Source of the DNA: Clostridiales bacterium
GTDB taxonomy: Bacteria > Bacillota > Clostridia > Christensenellales > CAG-138
Direction: 5' to 3'
Length of the DNA: 64,000 bases
NCBI GenBank assembly: GCA_918244965.1
Contig: CAKJYC010000049.1
Span: 22,286-86,285 of the forward strand
Part shown: positions 27,838 through 37,479 of the stretch, in pieces
How the letters are laid out: each line of letters begins with the position of its first letter
Position numbering within the stretch: position 1 is the stretch's first letter
Made by a program: the position numbers and the translations under genes
Notes under the pieces: generated by a model
Seen by the model: only the letters and a program-made list of their open reading frames with translations
What the model was told of the DNA's origin: nothing
Database searches by the model: none

Positions 27838-30825
27838 ATGGCTATGAAACGGTTTTGGACAATTCTTCTGGCAGCTTTTCTGATCTGCGGGCTGTTTTCT
27901 TTTCCCGCGCAGGCAGAGGAGACAAACTGGTGGGAGCAGGACTGGTGGGAGTCGGACGTTCTCACATCGCTCGGCGCGGTCCCGCCGACCTATCGCGCGG
28001 ACGGCGACCGGTATGAGATCGCATCGCCCGAACAGCTTCTCTACCTGACCGGCGTATGGAAGCCGGACGCGCCCTGCAACGCGACCTATGTGCTGACGCA
28101 GGACATCGACATGGCGCCGCTGAACGAGAAGATCGGCGCGATCCTTACGGAAAAGACCGGCGTCGAGACGAAGGGCTACATCCCGCCGATCGCCGCATTG
28201 GTCGACGGCGACGAGAGCGAGGGCGTGCACTGCGCGTTCTTCGGCACGTTTGACGGGCAGGGCCATGCGATCAAAAACCTTCGCGTACAGCGGATGGGCG
28301 CAAAATACTGCGGCCTGTTCGGCAACGTCGGGCACGACTTCGGCGAGGGTTCTGTGAAGGACCTTGCGATCCTTGACGCCGAGATCGTCGGACGTTCGTC
28401 CTGCGGCATCCTTGCGGGCAGCCTCTACGGCGATGCGGACAGCATCGTTTGCACCGGCACGATCGACTGCCTCGAAAAGAACGCTGGCGGCCTTGCGGGC
28501 AAGATCAAGAAGAACGACAACGGCTATCCCGGCATCGCGCGCAACTGCTTCGTGTACTGCGACATTCTCGTGCGCGGCAAGGGCGTCGAAAACGGCGCGG
28601 CGGGCGGGATCACGGCATCCTGCTCCGGCGGCGGACAGGTGATGAACTGCTTTGCCGCGGGATCGATCACGGTGCTGGGCGAGGAAGCCGACAGCGTCGG
28701 CGGCATCGTCGGAAACCTCAAGGGCGGCATGGCGATCGACAACAACGTGATGCTGCTCCGAAAGATCGATGGCGGCGAGGACAGCCAGAACATCGGGTAT
28801 CTGTGCGGCAACTACGGCGGCGACTCCGGCTCGCACATCCACAACAATTACGTTTTTGACGGCACGAGGCTTCTCGGCGGCGTGGCAAGCAGCCACCCGG
28901 AGGAAGCGGCCTATACGCTGATCGGCGCGGACGCGATCCAAGACAAGGCGTTCTATGTGAACAACCTCGGCTGGGATTTCAACGACGTCTGGACCTGGGT
29001 CGGCGACGAGCTCGACGGCTATCCGATGATCAAAGCGTTTGCCGACACGATCGATTTGAGCGAGCGCATCTGTGCGGACCTTGCGATCGACACGCCGGTG
29101 CTGCGGCTCGACGAGCCGATGATAAACGGCGCATACGCGGGCGAGGCCGTGCGCATCGAGGCGCTTCTGAAGCTGCCGGAGGGCGCGGAGGCGACCGACG
29201 CGACGCTGTACGTCGGCACGTCCAAGAAGCGTTCCGCCTGCACCGAAGCGATCCCGATGACGATCGGGGACGGTACTGTGTCCGCAGACTTCACCGCGGA
29301 CGCGGTCGGCGCGTACTATTATTACTGCGCGGTCAACGTCGACGGCAGAAAGCTGACCTTCCCGACCGAGGGTACGGTGCGGCTGGACGCCGTTTCGCCG
29401 ACGATGCGCTATATGCCCGAACAGATCACGCTGACGCCGGGCAGGACCGTCACCGAAATGGGCCTCAACTGGACGACCGAGGCCGACGGCCTCACCGCCG
29501 AGCTGAAGTACCGGCTTGCGGGCGAGAGCAAATGGAACACGCTGCCGGTCACCGAGATCGAGCGCGTCAACGTGCGCGGCGATCACGGCACGTTCACAAG
29601 CTATTCGGTCGATCTAACGGACCTTGCGCCCGCGACCGCATACGAGTACGTGGCGGTCACAAGCGACGGCACGGACAGCTTTATGAGCCCGGTATACACG
29701 TTCACGACGCTTCCGGAGGGCAAATCGTTCTCGTTCGTCGTGGTCTCCGACCTGCAGGCGACCAACGAGGAGGGCTACCTCCCGTATCTGTACACGCAGC
29801 AGCAGTTCTGGACCGATACGATCCATCCCGATTTCGTCGTCAACCTCGGCGATCTGACCGAGGACGACACGATGGCCGAATGGTCGTACCTGTTCGACGT
29901 GATCGGCGGTCTGCTTGCCGAAACGCCGACGGTCTACGTTGCGGGCAACCACGAATCGAAGGGCGACGTCGTGTACTCGCACTTCAAGGGCCGCACGAAT
30001 CTGCCGGACGGCATCGACGATGAGATGCTCAAGGAAACGACGTCCGCGTTCACGGTCGGCGACGTGTGCTTTGTCACGCTGAACACCGAGCCGTATACGG
30101 GCGTCGACGGCACGGACGCCGCGGCCGACAAGATGAACTATTACGCGGCGCAGAAGGCGTGGGCGAAGGAGGTCTTTGAGGCCTCCGGCTGCACGTACCG
30201 CATCGTCTGCGCGCACGCGGGGCTCGTGCAGAAGGACCCGGTCGCAACGGCGTTCCTCGAACAGATGTGCGACGAGCTCGGCGTGGATCTGTTCTTCAAC
30301 GGTCACATCCACGACTATTTCCGCGCCACGGTCGACGGCGCGGGGCAGAAGGCGGAGGTCAACGAGGGCACGACGTTCGTTACCACAAGCCCGATGGGCA
30401 CGAAGTTTGACGATTACGGCCATGAACTCGACGACGTGCTGACCTTCCAGACCGGCGGTCACGACGACGAGCGGCAGTACTTCACCTACGTCGAGGTCAC
30501 GGAGGCGGGGATCGCCGTCACCGCGTACCGGCGCAGCGAGGCGGGCGACGCCAACAAGAAGAACTGCTCCGAATACACCGTGATCGACAGCTTCACCATC
30601 GCAAAGCAGGGGGCGGAGGAGGACGCGCCGCTGGGCCTCTTCGAGCCCGAACCGGCCGAGCCCGCAGAGCCGGTCGACCCGGCAGAGCCGCAAAAGCCCG
30701 ATTCCAAGCTCGAAAAGAAGGGCGTCTCGCCGATCGTATGGGTGCTGATCGGCGTCGGCGCGGCGGCGATCGTCACGACGGTCGTCCTGATCCTTCGCAA
30801 AAAGAAGCGCGGCAAGGCCGCGTAA
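27838..30825 (+). CDS. Cell-surface protein: GLUG-repeat domain + purple-acid-phosphatase-like N-domain + calcineurin-type metallophosphoesterase + C-terminal TM anchor
   Basis: Signal peptide ...FSFPAQA. GLUG-like repeats (CGLFG, AGGLAG, VGGIVG). Metallophosphoesterase motifs VVSDLQ, GDLTED, GNHE, GHIHDY. PAEPAEP linker, then TM VWVLIGVGAAAIVTTVVLIL-RKKKR. An alternative start at 27844 has better RBS spacing. Confidence 0.8.
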   Translation: MAMKRFWTILLAAFLICGLFSFPAQAEETNWWEQDWWESDVLTSLGAVPPTYRADGDRYEIASPEQLLYLTGVWKPDAPCNATYVLTQDIDMAPLNEKIGAILTEKTGVETKGYIPPIAALVDGDESEGVHCAFFGTFDGQGHAIKNLRVQRMGAKYCGLFGNVGHDFGEGSVKDLAILDAEIVGRSSCGILAGSLYGDADSIVCTGTIDCLEKNAGGLAGKIKKNDNGYPGIARNCFVYCDILVRGKGVENGAAGGITASCSGGGQVMNCFAAGSITVLGEEADSVGGIVGNLKGGMAIDNNVMLLRKIDGGEDSQNIGYLCGNYGGDSGSHIHNNYVFDGTRLLGGVASSHPEEAAYTLIGADAIQDKAFYVNNLGWDFNDVWTWVGDELDGYPMIKAFADTIDLSERICADLAIDTPVLRLDEPMINGAYAGEAVRIEALLKLPEGAEATDATLYVGTSKKRSACTEAIPMTIGDGTVSADFTADAVGAYYYYCAVNVDGRKLTFPTEGTVRLDAVSPTMRYMPEQITLTPGRTVTEMGLNWTTEADGLTAELKYRLAGESKWNTLPVTEIERVNVRGDHGTFTSYSVDLTDLAPATAYEYVAVTSDGTDSFMSPVYTFTTLPEGKSFSFVVVSDLQATNEEGYLPYLYTQQQFWTDTIHPDFVVNLGDLTEDDTMAEWSYLFDVIGGLLAETPTVYVAGNHESKGDVVYSHFKGRTNLPDGIDDEMLKETTSAFTVGDVCFVTLNTEPYTGVDGTDAAADKMNYYAAQKAWAKEVFEASGCTYRIVCAHAGLVQKDPVATAFLEQMCDELGVDLFFNGHIHDYFRATVDGAGQKAEVNEGTTFVTTSPMGTKFDDYGHELDDVLTFQTGGHDDERQYFTYVEVTEAGIAVTAYRRSEAGDANKKNCSEYTVIDSFTIAKQGAEEDAPLGLFEPEPAEPAEPVDPAEPQKPDSKLEKKGVSPIVWVLIGVGAAAIVTTVVLILRKKKRGKAA

Positions 30826-30843
30826 CGCACGCAAAGCTCCGGC

Positions 30844-30895
30844 GTCTGTTCGTCCGATCCCGATCGGACGGGCGGACAGACACCGCACTTTTTTT
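30844..30895 (+). terminator. Intrinsic terminator
   Basis: GTCTGT-T-CGTCCGATC-CC-GATCGGACG-GGCGG-ACAGAC, then ACCGCAC-TTTTTTT. Confidence 0.6.
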
Positions 30896-30900
30896 ACCCA

Positions 30901-30922
30901 GTTTCGTAAACGTTTACGAAAC
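30901..30922 (+). promoter_or_regulatory. 22-bp perfect palindromic operator upstream of hppA
   Basis: GTTTCGTAAACGTTTACGAAAC. The 14-bp core CGTAAACGTTTACG is identical to the mgtC site. A possible -10 TATTAT lies about 20 nt downstream. Confidence 0.65.
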
Positions 30923-30971
30923 CAAAACCCCGGTATTATCGGGATATTTCACACAGGAAAGAGAGGTCGTT

Positions 30972-33131
30972 ATGGAACACTTATTCTGGATCGGATTCAT
31001 CGGCGCGGCGCTTGCTGGCGTGTACGCGCTGCTGCAGACGAAGAAGGTCATGTCCTTCTCCGAGGGGACAAGCCGCATGAAGCAGATCGCCGGCGCGATC
31101 CGCGAAGGCGCGAACGCGTACCTGCACCGCCAGTACAAGACGGTACTGCCGGTGTTCGGGATCATCTTCGTGATCCTTTGCGTGATGGCGTTTGTGTTCA
31201 AAAGCAGTGATCTGCTTTCACCCTTTACACCGTTCGCGTTCCTGACCGGCGGCGTCTGGTCGCTTCTGGCGGGCTTCATCGGCATGAAGATCGCGACGCA
31301 TTCCAACGCGCGCACGGCGCAGGCGGCAAGCGAGGGACTGAACCGCGGCCTGCGCGTCGCGTTCTCGGCGGGTTCGGTCATGGGCTTCACGGTCGTCGCG
31401 CTCGGCATCTTTGACGTAACGCTGTGGTTCGTGCTGCTGCGCTATGTGTTCGGCGTCACGGACGATACGATGATCGGCAACATCATGGTCATGAACGGCA
31501 TGGGCGCTTCGTTCATGGCGCTGTTCGCACGCGTGGGCGGCGGCATCTACACGAAAGCCGCGGACGTCGGCGCGGACCTTGTCGGCAAGGTCGAAAAGAA
31601 GATCCCGGAGGACGATCCGAGAAATCCGGCCACGATCGCGGACAACGTCGGCGATAACGTCGGCGACGTCGCGGGCATGGGCGCGGACCTGTATGAGTCG
31701 TACGTCGGCTCGATCCTCGCGACGTTCGCGCTGTCGGCGATCGGCGGCTACGGCTTTGCGGGCATGTTCCTGCCGATGATGCTGGCGGTGACCGGCATCC
31801 TGTGCTCGATCATCGGCGCACAGCTCGTGCGCGTCAAGGAAGGCGCGTCGCAAAAGACGCTCTTACGCACACTTCGCACCGGCACCTATACGGCCGCGGC
31901 GCTGTCCGCGGTGCTGGCGCTGCCGCTGACGTATCTTGTATTCCACGGCGTTGAAGGGTCAACGGTGTTCGCGGGCATCGAGGGTGTGAACTGGGTCGGT
32001 ATCTACGGCGCGATCCTCGCAGGCCTCGTCGCGGGCTGCCTGATCGGCTTCTTCACCGAATACTTCACCTCCGAATCGTACAAGCCGACGCGCAACCTCG
32101 CCGCGACCTCGCAGACCGGCTATGCGACCATCGTCATCGGCGGTATTTCGCTCGGCATGGAATCGGCGCTGACGTCGATCCTGATCGTCTGCGCGGCGGT
32201 GCTCGTCAGCTACTTTGCGGCGGGCGGCACGACGGCGATCGTCGATGAGAACGGCCTGTTCCTGCAGTCGTTCAACCGCGGTCTGTACGGCATCGGCATT
32301 GCGGGCGTCGGCATGCTGTCCACGCTCGGCATCACGCTGGCGACCGACGCATACGGTCCCGTCGCGGATAACGCGGGCGGCATCGCACAGATGGCCGGCA
32401 TGGATCCCTCGGTGCGTGAGCGTACCGACGCGCTGGATTCTCTGGGCAACACGACTGCCGCGACCGGCAAGGGCTTTGCGATCGGTTCGGCGTCGCTGAC
32501 CAGCCTGGCGCTTCTCGTTTCCTACGTCAACATCATTCAGCAAAAGACGCACACGGTGCTGAACTTCTCCATCATCAACCCGACAGTCCTGATCGGTATG
32601 TTTATCGGAGCCATGCTCGTGTTCGTGTTCTCGGCGGTCACGATGAACGGCGTCGAGCGCGCGGCGCAGAAGGTCGTCATCGAGGTGCGGCGGCAGTTCC
32701 GCGAGATCCCCGGTATTTTAGAGGGCACGGCGACGCCGGAATACGCCAAGTGCGTTTCGATCTGCACCAAGGGCGCGCTGCGTGAGATGGTCGTTCCCGC
32801 GGTCATGGCGGTGGTCGTTCCGATCGTCGCGGGCCTGATCCTCGGACCGACCGGCGTGGTCGGCCTGCTCGCCGGCGTTTCCGTCGCGGGCTTTGCGGTT
32901 TCGGTCTTTATGTCGAACGCGGGCGGCGCGTGGGACAACGCGAAAAAGTACATCGAAGAGGGCCACTTCGGCGGCAAGGGGTCGAAGCCGCACAAGGCGT
33001 CCGTCGTCGGCGACACGATCGGCGACCCGTTCAAGGATACCTCCGGCCCGTCGCTGAACATCCTGATCAAGCTCTGCGCGACCGTCTCGATCGTCTTTTC
33101 GGGCCTGATCGCACTGGTCCACTTGCTGTAA
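30972..33131 (+). CDS. hppA: Membrane-bound pyrophosphate-energised cation pump (K+-dependent type)
   Basis: 719 aa. GDNVGDVAGMGADL, DNAGGIAQM, GNTTAATGKGFAIGSA (Ala and Gly at the positions that are Lys and Thr in K+-independent enzymes, from memory), DTIGDPFKDTSGPSLNILIKL. Confidence 0.93.
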   Translation: MEHLFWIGFIGAALAGVYALLQTKKVMSFSEGTSRMKQIAGAIREGANAYLHRQYKTVLPVFGIIFVILCVMAFVFKSSDLLSPFTPFAFLTGGVWSLLAGFIGMKIATHSNARTAQAASEGLNRGLRVAFSAGSVMGFTVVALGIFDVTLWFVLLRYVFGVTDDTMIGNIMVMNGMGASFMALFARVGGGIYTKAADVGADLVGKVEKKIPEDDPRNPATIADNVGDNVGDVAGMGADLYESYVGSILATFALSAIGGYGFAGMFLPMMLAVTGILCSIIGAQLVRVKEGASQKTLLRTLRTGTYTAAALSAVLALPLTYLVFHGVEGSTVFAGIEGVNWVGIYGAILAGLVAGCLIGFFTEYFTSESYKPTRNLAATSQTGYATIVIGGISLGMESALTSILIVCAAVLVSYFAAGGTTAIVDENGLFLQSFNRGLYGIGIAGVGMLSTLGITLATDAYGPVADNAGGIAQMAGMDPSVRERTDALDSLGNTTAATGKGFAIGSASLTSLALLVSYVNIIQQKTHTVLNFSIINPTVLIGMFIGAMLVFVFSAVTMNGVERAAQKVVIEVRRQFREIPGILEGTATPEYAKCVSICTKGALREMVVPAVMAVVVPIVAGLILGPTGVVGLLAGVSVAGFAVSVFMSNAGGAWDNAKKYIEEGHFGGKGSKPHKASVVGDTIGDPFKDTSGPSLNILIKLCATVSIVFSGLIALVHLL

Positions 33132-33152
33132 TGTCCTCCTAATTCCATAGCG

Positions 33153-33183
33153 AAAGCCGCCTCAATATGCGAGGCGGCTTTTG
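33153..33183. terminator. Bidirectional intrinsic terminator
   Basis: AAAGCCGCCTC-AATATGC-GAGGCGGCTTTT between convergent genes. Confidence 0.8.
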
Positions 33184-33197
33184 CAATGCATGTGCGT

Positions 33198-34025
33198 TTA
33201 CAGTGCCGGGATCCGGTCGATCAGCGCGGCGATCGCATGCTCGTTGTTGGACGGGAGAAGGAGATCGGAGATCGCGCGCACGGCGTCGTTCGCATTTTTC
33301 GGACAGGCGGCGATATCCGCCTCGCCGAGAAGCTCCAGATCGTTGTTGTAGTCGCCGACGGCGATCAATGTCCGACCCAGGTAGCAGGGGAGCGAACGGC
33401 AGACGTGCAGCGCCGTGCCCTTGTTGACGCCGCGCGGCAAAAGCTCCAGGTATTCGACGCCCGGCACAATGTCGGTCGTGGCAAAGACGCGGTCGAACCG
33501 GTCGGAAAGTCCGCTGCGCTCGATGAACGCGACGACGTCTGCAAGCGCGTCCGGACGGCCGAACAGCAGCGACTTGAACCACGGCGTGCGCTCCGCCTCC
33601 TCGACGGACACGAAGCAGCTGGTTTTGTGCAGCTCCCAGAACGGGCGGTTTACGGTTTCCTCCGGCGAAACATAGAGGATGTGCTCCTCCGTGTACACCT
33701 GCAGATCGAGCGAGGGATGGACCTCCCTGCAGTAGCGAAGCACCGCAGACAGCGCGTCGCGGTCGGCAAACTGCGTATACAGGAACCGGTTTTCGGCGCG
33801 GTCGTAGACGCCTGCGCCGTTCAGCACGATGCTCGGCGCGTTGAAGGCGACGCCGTCCAGAAACATCATCATGTTTTCCGGGCACCGTCCCGTGGCGATG
33901 GCGAACAGACCGCCCGCTTCGGTGTAGCGGCGGATGGCCGCCCGGTTCTCCTCTGAGACGGCGCCGGTGCTGTCAAACAGTGTGCCGTCCAGATCGCAGA
34001 AGACGGCGGTTTCGTTCGGTTTCAT
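33198..34025 (-). CDS. Cof-type HAD-IIB family hydrolase
   Basis: FCDLDGTLF, ATGR, VGDYNNDLELL. GGAGG RBS. Confidence 0.85.
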   Translation of the reverse strand: MKPNETAVFCDLDGTLFDSTGAVSEENRAAIRRYTEAGGLFAIATGRCPENMMMFLDGVAFNAPSIVLNGAGVYDRAENRFLYTQFADRDALSAVLRYCREVHPSLDLQVYTEEHILYVSPEETVNRPFWELHKTSCFVSVEEAERTPWFKSLLFGRPDALADVVAFIERSGLSDRFDRVFATTDIVPGVEYLELLPRGVNKGTALHVCRSLPCYLGRTLIAVGDYNNDLELLGEADIAACPKNANDAVRAISDLLLPSNNEHAIAALIDRIPAL

Positions 34026-34151
34026 AGGCTTTCCTCCGTATGGACTTCGGATTGTGTCGATAGGTCAGTATACCATGCCGCAGAGGAAATGGCAATTGAA
34101 AATAACCTGAAAAACAGAGCAAAAAAAATAGAGAATCTTCGTTGATTTTTG

Positions 34152-34180
34152 TTGATTCCGATACAGTATTCTGTTATAAT
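34152..34180 (+). promoter_or_regulatory. Sigma-A-type promoter of the second ABC operon
   Basis: TTGATT (34152-34157), 17 nt, TATAAT (34175-34180). Confidence 0.65.
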
Positions 34181-34228
34181 ATTGCATGCGGAAATGATTC
34201 CGTGAAGTATCATTTCAGGAGGGAAATC

Positions 34229-35569
34229 ATGAAAAAAATCGTTGCTATGATGCTGGCGCTCGTGATGGTCCTGGCACTTGTCGCGTGCGGCGGCTCCAAG
34301 CCGGCGAACACCGACACCAAGGACTCTGCTGTGAAGCAGGTCATCAAAGAGGCGCAGGGCATGACGCTCGAAGAGCTCTGCAAGAAAGCAATCGAAGAAT
34401 CCAACGGCGCGACCTTCTACGGCGTGGGCAACTCCAGCCGCGGCAAGTCTGCTCTCCCGCTGTTCATCGAGTATCTGCAGACCCTCGATCCGAACTACAC
34501 GCTCAACTTCGAATGGCAGCAGCCGAAGAACAACAAGATCTTCGATCAGCTGACAGCCGACTCCATGAAGGAAAAGGGCACCTTTGCGGTCACCCTGATC
34601 CAGGACGGCAACCAGATCGAGAGCAAGATGGTCAAGACCGGCATCCTCGACACGTTCATTCCGCTCGACTGGGCGAACGCGAACGGCATCAAGGCTGAGG
34701 ACTACAAGGGCTATCTGCCGCTGCAGACCCTGAACAAGGTCTTCGAGTACAACTGCACCGGCACCAAGACCTTCACCAACTGCTGGGACTTCGTCGCAGA
34801 GGGTGAACACGGCCTGTTCATGGACATCGACTCCGAGATCGTCGGCAAGAACTTCCTCTACATGCTCACGAATGAGAAGTATGCCGGTTATCTGAAGGAT
34901 GCGTTCGACAAGCTCGACGCGGCGAAGCAGGCACAGTTCAAGCCCGTCATCGACGAGCTCCAGGCGGATGCGAAGGACCTCGGCCTCGGCGCAAACGGCG
35001 CATACGCGCTTGCGTGGATCAAGCTCTGGGTCGAGAGCTATGCCGCACAACCGGATGACGGCCCGATCTGCAACACGCTGGTCGACAAGTCCGCAACCGA
35101 TCAGTTCGGTCTGCTCGTCTACTCCAAGCTCCGTTCCGTTGAGGAATCCGACACCGTTTCCAAGAACAACATCAAGGTTGCGGCGTATCAGGACGGCTAC
35201 AACGGCATCGGCGGCTACGGCTATTGCCACTACATGTTCGTTCCGGACAACAGCCCGCTTCCCTGGACCGCCTGCGCGTTCATCGCATACATCACCTGCA
35301 CCGTTGACGGCTTCTCCGCATGGGGCAAGGACATGGGCGGTTACTCCTCCAACCCGAACGTTGCGAAGGGCACCGAAGAGAAGTACGGCCACAGCAAGGG
35401 CGGTATGAACGAAGCCGGCGAGGTTGAGTTCGAGTGCAAGAACGACCGTGGCTATGACTGGTGGGTTAACCAGGGCATGCTCGTCATCGAGGATCCGGAG
35501 TACTGCGCATCTGTTGCGTTCACTGTCGGTTCCTGGATCGAAATGCTCACGAAGTATAAGATCAGCTGA
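34229..35569 (+). CDS. ABC importer substrate-binding lipoprotein
   Basis: AGGAGGG RBS. MKKIVAMMLALVMVLALVAC lipobox. 446 aa. Confidence 0.8.
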   Translation: MKKIVAMMLALVMVLALVACGGSKPANTDTKDSAVKQVIKEAQGMTLEELCKKAIEESNGATFYGVGNSSRGKSALPLFIEYLQTLDPNYTLNFEWQQPKNNKIFDQLTADSMKEKGTFAVTLIQDGNQIESKMVKTGILDTFIPLDWANANGIKAEDYKGYLPLQTLNKVFEYNCTGTKTFTNCWDFVAEGEHGLFMDIDSEIVGKNFLYMLTNEKYAGYLKDAFDKLDAAKQAQFKPVIDELQADAKDLGLGANGAYALAWIKLWVESYAAQPDDGPICNTLVDKSATDQFGLLVYSKLRSVEESDTVSKNNIKVAAYQDGYNGIGGYGYCHYMFVPDNSPLPWTACAFIAYITCTVDGFSAWGKDMGGYSSNPNVAKGTEEKYGHSKGGMNEAGEVEFECKNDRGYDWWVNQGMLVIEDPEYCASVAFTVGSWIEMLTKYKIS

Positions 35570-35595
35570 TTGATCTCAAACGACTAAAATGATCG

Positions 35596-35624
35596 GAGGC
35601 GCCTTAATCTCTTTAGGGCGCCTC
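35596..35624 (+). other. Intercistronic hairpin between the SBP and permease genes
   Basis: GAGGCGCC-13 nt-GGCGCCTC, with no U-tract. Typical attenuator/stabiliser position in ABC operons. Confidence 0.5.
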
Positions 35625-35647
35625 TGATGGAATAGAGGGAGGAATAC

Positions 35648-37477
35648 GTGCAAAAGGCCGCATCTACAGGCGCTATGAAACGGCGCATTCGGCTCAATAA
35701 GCTGAAAACGTTTTTCTCAAAACCGCAAAACATCATACTCCTGCTGCTGGGGATCGTTCTGACCGTCACCACCGTCGCGCCGATCATCGCGATCGTCCGG
35801 GACACGATCATGATCCATCCGGGCACGATCGACCAGAATCTGACGGGGAAAGATTCCGGCTATTCGCTGATCAACTATGTGGACCTGTTCACCTCGCGGC
35901 TTGCCCAGTCGAATCTGTGGACGCCGCTGCTGAACACGGTGCTGCTGTCCACGATCTCCTGCGTGGTGTCGATCCTCTACGGCGGGTTCTTTGCGTTTTT
36001 GGTTACCAGAACCAATCTGAAGTTCCGTAAGTATTTAAGCTCCATCTTTATCTTCCCATACATCATGCCGCAGTGGACGCTGGCGATCGTCTGGAAGAAC
36101 CTGTTCTATTCGAACGCCGTCACGCACACGGCGGACGGTCTTCTGGCCTCGGTATTCCATATCACGATGCCGGGCTGGTGGTGCCAGGGACTGTTCCCGT
36201 CCGCGATGGTGCTCGGTCTGCATTACGCGCCGTTCGCGTACATCCTGATCGGCGGTATCTTCCGCAACATGGACGCGAACCTCGAAGAGGCGGCGACGAT
36301 CCTCGATACGCCGCGCTGGAAGACGATGTTCCGCATCACGCTTCCGATGATCAAGCCGGCGCTGCTTTCGACGGTGCTGCTGGTGTTCGGCAGCGCGATG
36401 GGCAGCTACCCGGTCCCGCATTACCTGAATTTTGAAACGCTGTCCACGAAGTACATTTCGCTGAACAGCAAGTATACCGGCGAAGCAAGTATCCTTGCGA
36501 TCATCATGATGATCTTCGGTATCGCGATCCTGCTTGTGAACCAGTTCACGCTGAAGAGCCGCAAGAGCTATACGACCGTTACGGGCAAATCGGGACAGAT
36601 CTCCCGATTCAACCTCGGCAAGGGCGGCAAGTACGTGATCGGCGCGATCTTCATCGTCCTCACGTTCTTCACGAGCATTTACCCGATCATCTCCTTCGCA
36701 TTCGAGACGTTTTTGCCGAATCCGGGCGACTACAGCTTCCTGTACACCGGCAATCTCCAGAACCTGACGACCAAGTGGTGGACCATTTCCGAGAACATCA
36801 CAGAGAACGGTTTGTACGGACAGCAGGGCATGCTGCACAACAGCATGATCTGGCAGGCCTACGGCGGCACGTTGCTCGTCTCTGTCGCCTGCGCGCTGAC
36901 CGCCGGCACGATCGGTACGCTGATCGGCTACGCCGTCAGCAAGAACCGCAGATCGAAGTGGGCGAACTACGTCAACAACATGGCGTTCCTGCCGTACCTG
37001 ATGCCGTCCATCGCCGTCGGCGTCGCGTTCTTCATTCTGTTCTCGAACAAGTACGTGAACCTGTACAACACCTACTGGCTGCTGATCATAGTCGGTACCG
37101 TCAAGTACATCCCGTTTGCCAGCCGCGCGTCGCTGAACTCGATGCTGCAGCTGTCGGGCGAAATCGAGGAAGCGGCGATCATTCAGGACATCCCGTGGTT
37201 CAAACGCATGTTCCGCATCATCGTGCCGATACAGAAATCCTCGATCATCAGCGGATTCATGCTGCCGTTTATGACGTGTCTTCGTGAGCTGTCCCTGTTC
37301 ATGCTTCTGTGTACGCAGGGCTACATCCTGTCCACGACGCTGGACTATTTCGATGAAATGGGCCTGTACGCGTTCTCAAGCGGTATCAACCTGATCCTGA
37401 TCGTCACGATCCTGATCTGCAACACAGTCGTCAACAAACTTACCGGCGCAAGCCTGGATGAAGGCATCGGAGGTTAA
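35648..37477 (+). CDS. ABC importer permease, fused two-domain
   Basis: 609 aa, paralogous in architecture to 20110-22002. GTG start with GGGAGG upstream; an ATG alternative exists at 35675. Confidence 0.78.
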   Translation: MQKAASTGAMKRRIRLNKLKTFFSKPQNIILLLLGIVLTVTTVAPIIAIVRDTIMIHPGTIDQNLTGKDSGYSLINYVDLFTSRLAQSNLWTPLLNTVLLSTISCVVSILYGGFFAFLVTRTNLKFRKYLSSIFIFPYIMPQWTLAIVWKNLFYSNAVTHTADGLLASVFHITMPGWWCQGLFPSAMVLGLHYAPFAYILIGGIFRNMDANLEEAATILDTPRWKTMFRITLPMIKPALLSTVLLVFGSAMGSYPVPHYLNFETLSTKYISLNSKYTGEASILAIIMMIFGIAILLVNQFTLKSRKSYTTVTGKSGQISRFNLGKGGKYVIGAIFIVLTFFTSIYPIISFAFETFLPNPGDYSFLYTGNLQNLTTKWWTISENITENGLYGQQGMLHNSMIWQAYGGTLLVSVACALTAGTIGTLIGYAVSKNRRSKWANYVNNMAFLPYLMPSIAVGVAFFILFSNKYVNLYNTYWLLIIVGTVKYIPFASRASLNSMLQLSGEIEEAAIIQDIPWFKRMFRIIVPIQKSSIISGFMLPFMTCLRELSLFMLLCTQGYILSTTLDYFDEMGLYAFSSGINLILIVTILICNTVVNKLTGASLDEGIGG

Positions 37478-37479
37478 TT

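Noticed and set aside
26182-29586. 1134-aa minus-strand ORF overlapping the lipoprotein and metallophosphoesterase genes.
   Set aside because: It is the antisense shadow of two plus-strand genes that have signal peptides, RBSs and catalytic motifs. The translation is Arg/Asp/Val-rich without recognisable domains.
35701-35717. Sixth AAACGTTT-containing site (CTGAAAACGTTTTTCTC).
   Set aside because: It lies about 55 nt inside the permease CDS. One half-site is degenerate (TTTTTC instead of TTT(A/G)C(G/A)). There is no associated promoter. It may be a chance match or a weak roadblock site, so I did not count it in the regulon.
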